Source of the DNA: a virus | Virus record (IMG/VR): IMGVR_UViG_3300034418_006779 | Span: 32,001 to 96,000 of that record | DNA length: 64,000 nucleotides | Direction: 5' to 3' (one strand) | Part shown: piece after piece, positions 38,037-47,965 of the stretch | Numbering within the stretch: position 1 is the stretch's first letter | How the letters are laid out: each line of letters starts with the position of its first letter | Translations under genes and position numbers: made by a program | Notes under the pieces: generated by a model | Databases searched by the model: none | Told to the model about the DNA's origin: nothing | What the model saw: the letters and a program-made list of their open reading frames with translations, nothing else

Positions 38037-38560
38037 TCAATATCTAAATTATAGTATGGTCTACAAAGACGGAGTTCCATATCCTCCTCATCATTTAACT
38101 CATCGAAGTCACAACTGTCATTTGTCAACCACCAGTACGTGTAGAACTTGTCTCCATCAGTCACAACAATGTGGTTAGACACATCACCATGCTCCTCGTG
38201 TTCATATTTACAAGTCACGTACTCAAATTTTCTATTATATTTACGAGACAACGCAATACAGGCAGTGAAACCTATGTCATCCGCATCAAATAATCCATTC
38301 GCAAACGCTACTTGATTCCAATGACTATATCCATGCTCCCGTTCATATGTTTGAGCAGCTTGTCCAAAGTCATCAACAGTGACGCATAAAGTATCTGCTT
38401 TCAATCTGTCTAGAAATGTCAGCTTATGCTTTTCGGCTGTCTCTTCCATGATTACATTAGCCTTGTCTACGAGCTCAGTCAGCTCTTTTTTCAAAGATTT
38501 GTGGTCCTCTAACATAGGCTGAATCAATTTCGGTAGAATCTCTACCTTCAGTTTTCGCAA
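38027..38560 (-). CDS. hypothetical protein
   Basis: 177-aa ORF; start uncertain (ATG 38515 is an alternative). Confidence 0.7.
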   Translation of the reverse strand: MRKLKVEILPKLIQPMLEDHKSLKKELTELVDKANVIMEETAEKHKLTFLDRLKADTLCVTVDDFGQAAQTYEREHGYSHWNQVAFANGLFDADDIGFTACIALSRKYNRKFEYVTCKYEHEEHGDVSNHIVVTDGDKFYTYWWLTNDSCDFDELNDEEDMELRLCRPYYNLDIEWL

Positions 38561-38717
38561 GCTGTATAACGTCTTGCTTGTTCACATACATAGTATCACC
38601 ATCCCAATTAGGATAGTATACTTTCTTGGGCGTCCAACCAAGGTTTAGTATGGATAGAAAAATGCCTAGACATAAGCCTAGGCAAGACGCAAGTAATAAT
38701 TTAAAATCTTGGTTCAT
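38475..38717 (-). CDS. small membrane protein
   Basis: N-terminal TM LLLASCLGLCLGIFLSIL. Confidence 0.6.
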   Translation of the reverse strand: MNQDFKLLLASCLGLCLGIFLSILNLGWTPKKVYYPNWDGDTMYVNKQDVIQLAKTEGRDSTEIDSAYVRGPQIFEKRAD

Positions 38718-38748
38718 CTTTTCATAAAAATTCTGGGAAATAAATTTA

Positions 38749-39804
38749 CTATATACCGCTTTTTACCAGCTCTGAAATCACCTTTTTTGTTTTTTCAGTA
38801 CCGTATTTCTCAATAAATTCGGCAGCATCTTTACACCCAAATCTAGGATCTAACTCTATTTGAGTAAGACCGTACTTTTCAGCTAGGATTTTACCAGCTA
38901 CTCGACCCGGCTCATCATTGTCAAATAGTATATAACCATTTACCTCGATATTCGGTTCACACCCTTCATTCTGAAAGGCAATAACATTAAAACCAAGCTG
39001 TTTTAGAGCAACTCTATCCTTCCAGGATTTTGTTACTATAACAGGAGAATCTGGGTCATAGTCATGCTGACCAAAAATATCGTCAACAGAACAGTTCGTG
39101 AAGAACTTCTTTTCCTTTTCCTGTGGGAAGGGGGTGTAGATTTTGAACTTGTTAGTATCCTCAAAGTAAAATGCAAAGCATAAGTTACTAGGAGTTACTT
39201 GGATCCAAGCTCCGGAACGATCAGTATAGTAATACGTCACGACCTCATAAATCTTCTCGTTTTCTGTGTTAGCATTGAATTCAGCTGGGTCAATACCAAA
39301 GGTATGCCAGTAATCCATTGCTTTTTCGGAGAAACCATCCAGACTTCTGATTCTGATATCTGGAGCAGATGCACCGTAGTGTATCTTGGTTTTTTGGTAG
39401 GTTCGGTCTTTGTGATCGATGATTGTCTGCTGACTTCGTCCTAATCCTAAGCCATATCGTTCATTTACGACTTTTAAACATTCAGAGAATGTGCGGATTG
39501 GGCGTACGTCATTTTCAGACTTTAGCATCAAAAGATCGAAACAAGAGCAGCGATTGTACTTCTTAGCTGCGAAATCGACAAGGCGAATGATCTCATCTGC
39601 ATCGCCAACAACAAATTGGCACGATGGGTTCTGTTCACCACGTAGAGTATTCAAGTATTTTGTTCCATCGGTAGTTATTTCATACCCCATGACATCTTGG
39701 ATAATGTCAATCTGAACATAGTACTTGTCTCCGTAAATCTCCTCAGACTTCTTTAATATGTTCTGCCATGTGCAGGGCAAGTATGTCGAGGTAGAAATGT
39801 TCAT
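38749..39804 (-). CDS. DNA primase (crAss-type TOPRIM)
   Basis: LRGEQNPSC, IVTKSWKD, FDNDEPG and CKDAAE motifs. Confidence 0.85.
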   Translation of the reverse strand: MNISTSTYLPCTWQNILKKSEEIYGDKYYVQIDIIQDVMGYEITTDGTKYLNTLRGEQNPSCQFVVGDADEIIRLVDFAAKKYNRCSCFDLLMLKSENDVRPIRTFSECLKVVNERYGLGLGRSQQTIIDHKDRTYQKTKIHYGASAPDIRIRSLDGFSEKAMDYWHTFGIDPAEFNANTENEKIYEVVTYYYTDRSGAWIQVTPSNLCFAFYFEDTNKFKIYTPFPQEKEKKFFTNCSVDDIFGQHDYDPDSPVIVTKSWKDRVALKQLGFNVIAFQNEGCEPNIEVNGYILFDNDEPGRVAGKILAEKYGLTQIELDPRFGCKDAAEFIEKYGTEKTKKVISELVKSGI

Positions 39805-39809
39805 AATAG

Positions 39810-39843
39810 AAACAAGAAAAGCCTGCCCCCGTAGAGGCAGACT
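39810..39843 (-). terminator. intrinsic terminator
   Basis: AGTCTGCCTC-TACG-GGGGCAGGCT-TTTCTTGTTT on the - strand. Confidence 0.75.
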
Positions 39844-39850
39844 AATAGAT

Positions 39851-40441
39851 TTATATCTGTACTTCGTCTACTGATGCGTCACCAGTAGGCTGATTAATAG
39901 TAACTGTTTTTGTGGGTACCTGTACTTGTGTCAGTCTCTTCTGAAAATCATCTCCCCATGATAGAGGTTCAGATTCAGTGGACGGATCACGGAACCAACG
40001 TTTCCCAACGAGCTCCTTACGGTAACGGTTTTCGCTAGCCACATTAAGATAGGTTTTTCCTTCTTTATTAGGCTTGCCATAACACATTACGACTTCCAGG
40101 TTTTTTGTAGTAAAATCTTCAGGTAAAAGTTGATTAAATTTCGAAATCATATCTTCAAAAGAAGAGAATTCTTGTCCTTCCATTTGCTCAAGTGGGATGA
40201 AGAGTTCATAGACTTCCATGATCTCTCTTGCCATCTTAGAGGCTAGTTCGTCAACAGTAGCCCACGAAGTAGGTTGTTGGGGGATGAACCATGAAGCATC
40301 CTTAGGATAGTCTGCTCCTTTAGTATAGAAAGGGATTGATACCATTTTATAGGCTCCACGCATACCGACGTATGGCTTACCCATGGTTACATTATTGATT
40401 CCTGCTTTTGGAGTTACGATTTTGTTAGTGTTAATTTTCAT
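39851..40441 (-). CDS. putative ssDNA-binding/replication protein
   Basis: Between the AAA ATPase and primase, with a flexible acidic C-terminal tail (DASVDEVQI). Call is inferred from synteny. Confidence 0.45.
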   Translation of the reverse strand: MKINTNKIVTPKAGINNVTMGKPYVGMRGAYKMVSIPFYTKGADYPKDASWFIPQQPTSWATVDELASKMAREIMEVYELFIPLEQMEGQEFSSFEDMISKFNQLLPEDFTTKNLEVVMCYGKPNKEGKTYLNVASENRYRKELVGKRWFRDPSTESEPLSWGDDFQKRLTQVQVPTKTVTINQPTGDASVDEVQI

Positions 40442-40459
40442 TTAAGCTTTCAATTTGTC

Positions 40460-41194
40460 TCATTGTTGGGTTGTATCCGTAGTATTTTCTTCAATGTTGA
40501 CAAATATCCTCGACCAGTCGAAATCGAATACATCTACTAGATGATCAAATCTCGAACCAGCTTCAATGTCATCCGAAGCCTTAAAGGAAACTCTAAGTTC
40601 GCCTTCATCTCCTCGGAACATATAACCAATAGCATCTGCATCTGCGCAAACAACGTTTTTCAACTTACCAGACAAGTCCAGTGAGCTAACGTTAACTTCG
40701 ACAGAATCAGTACCAATCAGCGTCTTCTTTCTATGACCAATCAGAACAAGGTGATCGCAACAATCTTTCAGATGGTTGATCACGTTCATGACCTTCTCTC
40801 TAACTAATCCGTAGCCCTTACCAAAAGCAAGGTCTCCGATTGACTCTACTTCATGTGTTTCGCAAACAAGTTTTTCAACCCATTCAACAATAACATCGAG
40901 AGTATCTAGTACGAGGAAGTCCACTTTGTTCTTCTTTCCATGTGCAATATATGCTTTCAAATCATTCAGACTTTGAAGGTTTGTAGCCCTCTTCTTCTGT
41001 TTGATAGGAGCAGTACCTTTCTCTGTATCGAGAATCATGGAGGTCATATTCGGTTTGTGTTTCTTCAACCAGTTTTGGAATTCAACAATTTGAGTTGTTT
41101 TCCCGACTTTAGTTGCACCGAATAATATCAAGAGGCGGGGGTTATGTACAGTAGCTTCGGTCCACTCATCGGGACCAGGAATATGGAGATTCAT
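40460..41194 (-). CDS. AAA_24/Sak4-like ATPase
   Basis: GATKVGKT Walker A, DTEKG, LVLDTLD, FGKGY, LIGH, DAIGY. Confidence 0.85.
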   Translation of the reverse strand: MNLHIPGPDEWTEATVHNPRLLILFGATKVGKTTQIVEFQNWLKKHKPNMTSMILDTEKGTAPIKQKKRATNLQSLNDLKAYIAHGKKNKVDFLVLDTLDVIVEWVEKLVCETHEVESIGDLAFGKGYGLVREKVMNVINHLKDCCDHLVLIGHRKKTLIGTDSVEVNVSSLDLSGKLKNVVCADADAIGYMFRGDEGELRVSFKASDDIEAGSRFDHLVDVFDFDWSRIFVNIEENTTDTTQQ

Positions 41195-41205
41195 AAATTA
41201 GCGAT

Positions 41206-42351
41206 TCATGACGTTGATTGTTTATTAGATTTTACTGTCAACATATGTTTCACTTTCTCCTGTTGTTCTGAATACGTCAGAGACGAATCTGTCAGAACAT
41301 CGTAAATTGGCTGCATTTCATCAGCCTTGGGTAATTCATGGAAGAAGTCTATAGCTCCATCGAAATAGAGAGGCATTTTCACATTTGGTATTCCGTCTCG
41401 ATCCTTAATAATCTTTAGCATCCTAAAATGGTTGCCAAGAATATTAATATCGTATTTACCATAGCTTCCCAAGTCGTGTCGGGAGGCATCGAATAACCCT
41501 AGAATGACATTCGCATTCCTTCCAGTCAGCTTTGAATCGCCGAGACCGTCCATACTAGGCTCTAATTTCTTAGCCTTGGCACGTTCTACTGATTCTTGGG
41601 CTGCTGATTGTTGCTGTACGTCTATTATTGTACAGCCATAAAAGTCTCGTAGTTTAAGAGCAAGTGTGTCAGACCAATAATTCATAGCTTCTCTATCCGA
41701 TTTCTTTTTGGCCCGGATTAAGCTAGCATGGTCAACCACTACTAGAGTGTATTGCTCTGGATCATTAGGAATGTACTCACTTTCAAATGAAATTTCCTCA
41801 TACTCGTTAGTATCAGAATTATACTCTTCTCGAGTCTCCATTTTAACAGTTCCATTCCTGAGCAAATATGCTCTAACGATGTTAAACATCCTATCAGGAT
41901 CTCTAATATCGTCAATAATCGTTACATTATCAAAAAATTTATTTAGTCGAGGCGTTGTTTGTTCAAGCTTACTAATGGTATCATGACTGATAGTATTAAA
42001 TCTACCAACCGATAGGAGCTCTCTCGTATTCTTACGAATTTTAAAACGAGTGTAGAGCTCCCTGCTCATTTCTGTAAGCTCAAACTTTTGTCGACTTTCT
42101 TCAAAAGAAAAAAGGAAGACTTTGATTTTCTTCCCATTCTTAATTGCCCAATCTACAGGGTGATGTACAAACATACTACGCATAAGCTTGGATTTACCAA
42201 CGCCTGAGTTTGCAGTTACGATGTAATAGGTTGATTGCATAATTCCTGGAATGAATTTCTCAATCTTACCTAACCCCTCAAAGGGTATACAGTTATAGTT
42301 CCCCGACTCCCAATTTTGTTTGTTCTTTTTTATCCTTTCGAGAGTCGTCAT
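41206..42351 (-). CDS. DnaB-like replicative helicase
   Basis: ANSGVGKS Walker A, FSFEE, VVVDH, VQQQ, LGDSK, KDRDG. Confidence 0.9.
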   Translation of the reverse strand: MTTLERIKKNKQNWESGNYNCIPFEGLGKIEKFIPGIMQSTYYIVTANSGVGKSKLMRSMFVHHPVDWAIKNGKKIKVFLFSFEESRQKFELTEMSRELYTRFKIRKNTRELLSVGRFNTISHDTISKLEQTTPRLNKFFDNVTIIDDIRDPDRMFNIVRAYLLRNGTVKMETREEYNSDTNEYEEISFESEYIPNDPEQYTLVVVDHASLIRAKKKSDREAMNYWSDTLALKLRDFYGCTIIDVQQQSAAQESVERAKAKKLEPSMDGLGDSKLTGRNANVILGLFDASRHDLGSYGKYDINILGNHFRMLKIIKDRDGIPNVKMPLYFDGAIDFFHELPKADEMQPIYDVLTDSSLTYSEQQEKVKHMLTVKSNKQSTS

Positions 42352-42365
42352 AGAGTATAAAGATA

Positions 42366-42869
42366 CTAATTTTTTCGGATATTCTCCTTAATTTGTTGAC
42401 TTATTTCATACACTTTTTCACATACACAAACAGTGCTAGTGTTGCGATATAAGCATTCAGGAATCCTCTTACTGCCTTTACAAATCTTCTTACGTCTGTT
42501 AAGAGTAATCTTAAAGCATTCAGAAGAAATTCGCAGTCTTCGGATGTTCCATCTTGAAAAGTCAACAACAGACCAATCAGGATTCATCGTAAATAAGAAG
42601 CCGAAGCTACCTATATATTGATGACTTGACATGAATTGTCTGTATTTGCTAGAGGACGTAATAATGTCCAAATGCTCGTTAGATCTTTTCGGGATGAGCA
42701 CTATATCAACCTTTTTCAAGCTTTCGATTCCTTGTTTAGCATCAAACCAACCATCTTTGGTGATGTAACATAGGTAATTTCCTCTTTCTTTCTGAGGCAT
42801 ATGACCATAGAATTTGTTGATAGCATTGAAAATGACTCTAAATGTTGTGAAGTAAGTCAATTGAATCAT
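42366..42869 (-). CDS. hypothetical protein
   Basis: 167-aa ORF with ATGA overlap. Confidence 0.65.
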   Translation of the reverse strand: MIQLTYFTTFRVIFNAINKFYGHMPQKERGNYLCYITKDGWFDAKQGIESLKKVDIVLIPKRSNEHLDIITSSSKYRQFMSSHQYIGSFGFLFTMNPDWSVVDFSRWNIRRLRISSECFKITLNRRKKICKGSKRIPECLYRNTSTVCVCEKVYEISQQIKENIRKN

Positions 42870-43321
42870 ATCCAGTTGTCCGTTGTGTTATTTGTGGATT
42901 CAGTTTCTTCAGTCTCTAAATATTCAAGCAATCTGCTTGAGTGAGTGCCGTCTTCATACAATTTCTTGATGAAGTTATCAGCTCTCATGATCATATCAGG
43001 GGCATCGGAATCGAGCCTATCCTGAACGTAGCGTTTGGCCGCATCAACGATCTCAGTCCACTCATAATCTGGATTTACCAGAAGGAACCACTCTAGGAGA
43101 GCAGTAACATGGGCGGTATCGCTCATTAAGCCTTTCTTGAAGGTTGTTTTCTTGGAGAAAACCTGTCTAAACTCCTTTACGTGTTCAGGAGTCAGATCAA
43201 AATCAAGAATTATAGGAGTATCTTCAATTATTCCTAATCTCTTCAGCTCTTGATATATTTTGCGGGTTGTCCCGCCTTGCAGACCGAAATCACGGTCTAC
43301 CTTGAGCATTTGAAGATACAT
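42866..43321 (-). CDS. putative replication-initiator/helicase-associated protein
   Basis: EFRQVF...WFL..NPDYEWTEIVDAAKRYV...FIKK pattern and position upstream of DnaB. Confidence 0.5.
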   Translation of the reverse strand: MYLQMLKVDRDFGLQGGTTRKIYQELKRLGIIEDTPIILDFDLTPEHVKEFRQVFSKKTTFKKGLMSDTAHVTALLEWFLLVNPDYEWTEIVDAAKRYVQDRLDSDAPDMIMRADNFIKKLYEDGTHSSRLLEYLETEETESTNNTTDNWI

Positions 43322-43324
43322 TGA

Positions 43325-43807
43325 TCAAATTAATTCGTACTTAAATGACCCATTCTCTTCGGCGAGATAAGTCATAATAAGCTTTTCTTGGACGAGTCCT
43401 TGCCCGTCATTATAATATATAAAGGAATAGTTTCCTAAAGGAAGTCGGCGACATACATCTCTAATGAACGCAGTCTTCATCTTCTGACGCAAATCTTTCT
43501 TGTTGTAAGAAGCAAGAGTTACGTATCTGATGGGGGAATCCTGTGCAACTCCTTGTACGACTTGAATACTTTCAAACATGCATGGAGATAGTTGATTCTC
43601 ATTAACGATATGATATGCATAAGTAATAGAGCTATAATAGTCCATAACAATCTTTCGACTAACATTTATAGCACTCTTATACATTATATCAAGCTTTCGG
43701 TAGATGTCTAAACCCTTCTTAAAAGAAGGAGCAGAATTATTCGTTATCTTATACAAGATAGCGTAGAAATGTTTTCCAGATTCGTAAAATACAACTGTGT
43801 AATTCAT
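43325..43807 (-). CDS. hypothetical protein
   Basis: 160-aa ORF. Confidence 0.65.
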   Translation of the reverse strand: MNYTVVFYESGKHFYAILYKITNNSAPSFKKGLDIYRKLDIMYKSAINVSRKIVMDYYSSITYAYHIVNENQLSPCMFESIQVVQGVAQDSPIRYVTLASYNKKDLRQKMKTAFIRDVCRRLPLGNYSFIYYNDGQGLVQEKLIMTYLAEENGSFKYELI

Positions 43808-43809
43808 AT

Positions 43810-43840
43810 GAATGAAGGAGAGTAGGTTTCCCTACTCTCC
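43810..43840 (-). terminator. terminator-like hairpin
   Basis: GGAGAGTAGG-GAAA-CCTACTCTCC-TTCATT on the - strand. Confidence 0.65.
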
Positions 43841-43851
43841 AATTATAGCGT

Positions 43852-44934
43852 TTACCTTGATGTCAAAGTCTGGCGGTCATAGCCAGCTCGAGTCGGAACA
43901 ACAATGAGGCTATCGTTAGATATCTGTAAGCTAACCTCAACGAACATTCCGTTTGCTTCGATGATCTGTTTCTGATCTTCTTGAGCAAGAATTCTCTCGA
44001 GACGGTATGTGTTCACCTTATGGGTTATAAGGCTCTCCTGAAGGGTCTCGTTCATTTCAGAAATAACTTGATAATCTCTCTGGAAATTTTGAAGGGTTTG
44101 AGTAGCTTCCCGGGTTTGCCGGTTAGCATCACGAACCTGAGACTGTGAAGCATTCAGGTCAACCTGAAGCTGATAGTTCTCTTCTTCCAGGTTATCAATG
44201 ATACCAATTTGGTCACTAATAACGGCAGAGTCCTGAGCAATGATGTCTTTTTGGGACAGGATGACGCTGTCTTTGACAATCATCCGCTCATTAAAGTCAT
44301 TCTGAAGCCGGTCGATCTCTTCGTCCATTTGCTCTTGCATTGTGGCGCTAAGAGCTCTCAGACTACTTTTGAGTTGAACCTGAAGAACCAGGAACAGGGC
44401 GATGGCAATAACGCCAGCAGGGATTAACCGGGCACCAATACTGTTCACATTGATCTTGGGAGACCAATTAGCCAGGTTTGGCTTCCAGGTAGTGGGCCAG
44501 GTCCACAGAGAGAAATTCATAGAGTTCTTCACTCCGGCAACGATAGGATCATCGTCTGCTTCCTCTGGAGGTCCGTTACGACCATTCAAGCTACCGTCCT
44601 CTTTGCGAGCCATAGGGATCCCCCCTACTTTGCTGTCAGGATGAGGCTTCTGGTTCTCAGCTTCCTCTTTCTCCTTAGCTTCTTTCGCAGCAGCGATCTC
44701 GTCCTTCATGGACTCAGCTACATCGGTGGCGGTTGCCATGTTTTTCTGGATCTTATCCAGGTTGGTCTGAACCTTTTTGCGGCTTTCAGCCATTGCTTTC
44801 TCAGTGGCCTCCTTATCTCGCTTCTCACGAGCTGCAGTTTCAGCAGCTACCTTCTCTGCAGCTTCCTTAGCGATACGAGCGGCTTTTTGTTCCTGAGTTT
44901 CTTTGGGGTTGTTTTTTAATTTGTTGTCTGCCAT
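43852..44934 (-). CDS. bitopic membrane protein with long coiled coils
   Basis: K/E/A-rich N-terminus, central TM (IPAGVIAIALFLVL), C-terminal coiled coil. Confidence 0.8.
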   Translation of the reverse strand: MADNKLKNNPKETQEQKAARIAKEAAEKVAAETAAREKRDKEATEKAMAESRKKVQTNLDKIQKNMATATDVAESMKDEIAAAKEAKEKEEAENQKPHPDSKVGGIPMARKEDGSLNGRNGPPEEADDDPIVAGVKNSMNFSLWTWPTTWKPNLANWSPKINVNSIGARLIPAGVIAIALFLVLQVQLKSSLRALSATMQEQMDEEIDRLQNDFNERMIVKDSVILSQKDIIAQDSAVISDQIGIIDNLEEENYQLQVDLNASQSQVRDANRQTREATQTLQNFQRDYQVISEMNETLQESLITHKVNTYRLERILAQEDQKQIIEANGMFVEVSLQISNDSLIVVPTRAGYDRQTLTSR

Positions 44935-44942
44935 TTGGCTTC

Positions 44943-46106
44943 CTATTGAATATTGAAATAATTAATAGTTGTGCGTTGAAAGGCTTGGATGGCCTTCCTA
45001 AACCAAACTTCATCTTGAGTACCCTTGCTCACAAAAATGTAAACATTGGCCTCTTGGTCTCCGTCCTTACGGACAGCGCGACCTACGCGTTGAGTCAGAT
45101 TTAATTTCTTAGAATCTAAACTCATTACAACAATAGTTTTGAGATGTGGTAGATTAGCGCCCTCATTGAGGCCGTCTACCACTGCTAGTCTTTTTGACTC
45201 CCCAGAACAGAACGCGTCGAGATCACTTGAATCTTTCTTCTTGGAATGGAACGTACCCATATCAAGTTGATTGATTGCGTCTATGCGTTTCCCATAAACT
45301 AATACGGGTTCATCGTCGGGGAGAGTGAGTAAAAATTTCTTCGCGGCTCGAATCTTAGATGGTAGATTATATATGAAGTTTGATCGTCTTCCTATCTTAC
45401 CAAACCAGAGTTGTTTCTTTTTCTCTGTTGGATCCGAGAAATATACATGTTTATATTTTTCTACTTCCTTAGTGTAATACTCATACTGACGCTTTTCAGT
45501 AGTCCAGAAATGATGGTCTTTAGTCTTTACCTCTATGTCTTTTGTTTCATCTTCTAGAGATGTGTAACAGACATGGATATTAACCTTCTTCACTATTTCA
45601 TCGTCAATAGCGTCTTCAATAGAATAAGTGAATCTAATAGGAGCAAGTCGTTGAATTAATTCAGCTTTAACTTCATCTTCAGGGAACGTAGCAGTCACGC
45701 ATACTAACCTCTTGATATCGTTATTAAAAATGAATTGAATATTGTTCTCTGTAATATGATGACACTCATCAAATATACACAGATCAAACTCTTCTCCTCT
45801 AAGCTTAGTTAGAGAACTATAACATATGAATGTTGTATTCTCTTTCTCATCTTTTGCTTTCCATTTATCAAATTCAGCTGGAGCATCTACATCTCTAAGG
45901 CGTTCTGTCGGAGTAACCCATAATACTCTAGGAGTACCTTCTAAGTACTTACCCAATGCCTTGATCGTGTCGATCGCAACTTTGGTTTTCCCCGTTCCAG
46001 TACCCATGAGTAGGGTTCCCGACAGAACATCCTTATCTTTGTCAAGCAAGGAGCCAACCGCGTCCTTTTGGACTAAGTCGATTACTTGCTTCTGTTGTTC
46101 TTCCAA
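44943..46106 (-). CDS. superfamily 2 (DExH) helicase
   Basis: GTGTGKT, DECH, TAT, LNEGANLP and QRVGRAVR motifs. Confidence 0.92.
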   Translation of the reverse strand: MEEQQKQVIDLVQKDAVGSLLDKDKDVLSGTLLMGTGTGKTKVAIDTIKALGKYLEGTPRVLWVTPTERLRDVDAPAEFDKWKAKDEKENTTFICYSSLTKLRGEEFDLCIFDECHHITENNIQFIFNNDIKRLVCVTATFPEDEVKAELIQRLAPIRFTYSIEDAIDDEIVKKVNIHVCYTSLEDETKDIEVKTKDHHFWTTEKRQYEYYTKEVEKYKHVYFSDPTEKKKQLWFGKIGRRSNFIYNLPSKIRAAKKFLLTLPDDEPVLVYGKRIDAINQLDMGTFHSKKKDSSDLDAFCSGESKRLAVVDGLNEGANLPHLKTIVVMSLDSKKLNLTQRVGRAVRKDGDQEANVYIFVSKGTQDEVWFRKAIQAFQRTTINYFNIQ

Positions 46107-46681
46107 AAGATTTCTAAATCTTCATCACGGTCCTTCCTTGTCTTAATCTGATAATCAATATCGCGAATAAGATCCTCTTTGCTGTAATCATCAGGTGTTT
46201 GCCTAATACGACCGCTAAGAGCTCTCTTAAACTCACTAAGAGCTTGAGGGAAAGGTGACCTCGGTTTGCTTTTGTATGTACCTTCGAGATGGTAGGATAC
46301 ATAGTCTGCCACATACTGGTTGAATCTAGGAAATTGCTTTTCCAGATAACCGAAGTTAGTGTCAAATTCGGTATGGTGACTAAGAGTGTATAAAACATCT
46401 CCAAGATTCACAGCTCTGTTTCCTACTGTTTTATCAAAGGTAAATTCCGTTACGTGGGGCAAGGCCCAAGATATCACTGCTGCCATCCACTTTGAACCAA
46501 CTCTCCATTTAGCTCTCGCCACATTATCCATTTCGGCCCCTTTATACCTAGATGGATTTTTCTGAAAGTGTTTCCTGTCATCTTTGGCTTGTTTGATTAA
46601 GTCCTCGGTTGAGTACTTAGCCATCCAATCCTCAATGTCAGGGTATGACTTCTGCTTTTTAGTGATGTAGAGCAAAGGCAA
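46082..46681 (-). CDS. hypothetical protein; possibly the C-terminal domain of a -1 frameshift fusion with 46726-47625
   Basis: TTG start only (first ATG internal at 46624); frame stays open upstream to ~46798, past a GGGAAAG site. Confidence 0.7.
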   Translation of the reverse strand: MPLLYITKKQKSYPDIEDWMAKYSTEDLIKQAKDDRKHFQKNPSRYKGAEMDNVARAKWRVGSKWMAAVISWALPHVTEFTFDKTVGNRAVNLGDVLYTLSHHTEFDTNFGYLEKQFPRFNQYVADYVSYHLEGTYKSKPRSPFPQALSEFKRALSGRIRQTPDDYSKEDLIRDIDYQIKTRKDRDEDLEIFWKNNRSK

Positions 46682-46725
46682 CAGAATCTCAAGATCATCT
46701 TGAACTTCCGACGTTATAGGCGGAG

Positions 46726-47625
46726 TTAGATTACTCCCCCCTTCGGTCGATTCTTCACCTTGCCCGTCTTCTTTCCCGAGCCACTTCCTCCACCGCCTGA
46801 ATTACCACCTCCAGATCCACCAGAGTTAGGTCGTTTTTTAGGTTTCTTAGTTCCGCCACCTCCTTTACTAGAGGAAGCAGACGCATTTTTTACAAGCAGT
46901 AATACATCACTATTCTGTAACAATAGGATGATTAGAAGTGCGTAATGGAATACCACACTACCGAACGGAGCCGGTAAAAACGGGTTTGCGGATAGAACAT
47001 CAACCCAACAATTCGTGTTGAGCCACCATCCACATTTTTCAGCAGCTTCGACAACAAGAGTTGCTCCATTGGGGAATAGCATTCCCGTATACTGGTCTAC
47101 TCCTGTTGCCATCGATGAAATCAAATTGAACAAGGTCCATGGACCTTTATAGGTGAATAGTCCAGCTACAATCACCGCTATAAATAACGAGGACAGCCGG
47201 ATGAACCCAACAATCTGATTTTGTTTATTCTTTTTGTCAATTTTCTGACCCAACTCAATCATCTGCCTAATAATTGAGAAGAAAGCGATGGAGAAAAAGA
47301 TACAAGCAAATGCCTGTGTCGAGTGAACTCCAACTCTAATCAAACTAGGTACGCCAAAGTGACTTCCTAGATAGGCAGCATACAGGGCTTCGAAGAAGAA
47401 CATCGCAAAGACGACTACCTCGACCCAGTATTTTAGGTAGGTGGCGAAATTGACATGAATCCGAACTACTGTTGGATCCTTTTTCTTTTTCTCGTCACTC
47501 ATTGTTTGTTTTCTTACTTCTTCACTTTTTAGCCGAGCTATTTGTTCGGCCTGTACCAGATCCATCGACACTGTCGTTAGGTCGATTAGACGATCCGTCA
47601 GGTCTTTTGGGGTTATCTGGGTCAT
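46726..47625 (-). CDS. multi-pass membrane protein with Gly/Ser-rich tail
   Basis: About 4 hydrophobic helices; ends in an SGGSGGGNSGGGGSGSG linker. Confidence 0.8.
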   Translation of the reverse strand: MTQITPKDLTDRLIDLTTVSMDLVQAEQIARLKSEEVRKQTMSDEKKKKDPTVVRIHVNFATYLKYWVEVVVFAMFFFEALYAAYLGSHFGVPSLIRVGVHSTQAFACIFFSIAFFSIIRQMIELGQKIDKKNKQNQIVGFIRLSSLFIAVIVAGLFTYKGPWTLFNLISSMATGVDQYTGMLFPNGATLVVEAAEKCGWWLNTNCWVDVLSANPFLPAPFGSVVFHYALLIILLLQNSDVLLLVKNASASSSKGGGGTKKPKKRPNSGGSGGGNSGGGGSGSGKKTGKVKNRPKGGVI

Positions 47626-47965
47626 GAATTAAAAATTGTAAATGTCTTCCTTGTAATGAGGGCCCATAGCACTCACATTTGATTCGCAAACTTACAACCT
47701 CACCGTTCGTTCCCTCCATCTCCACAAGCGCAACACACATGGGGTTGGGAGTATCCGGCTTAGCATTCGGATCCAGGGGCGTTACATTCTTGACAACCCA
47801 TTTGTTATCAATAGAAATGTCCAAAGTCTTGGCCCCTAAGATAGGACCTTGTTGCCTGCCTTGAACCGTCTGGTTTTGGGCAGAACTCATCGGGCTTCCC
47901 CAGTCATCGCAAGAACCGAAGAAAAAGAAGCTCAAGATGAGTGCTATCGTTAATGCTCTCTTCAT
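47522..47965 (-). CDS. lipoprotein
   Basis: MKRALTIALILSFFFFGS-C lipobox; TAATG-coupled to the polymerase stop. Confidence 0.75.
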   Translation of the reverse strand: MKRALTIALILSFFFFGSCDDWGSPMSSAQNQTVQGRQQGPILGAKTLDISIDNKWVVKNVTPLDPNAKPDTPNPMCVALVEMEGTNGEVVSLRIKCECYGPSLQGRHLQFLIHDPDNPKRPDGSSNRPNDSVDGSGTGRTNSSAKK

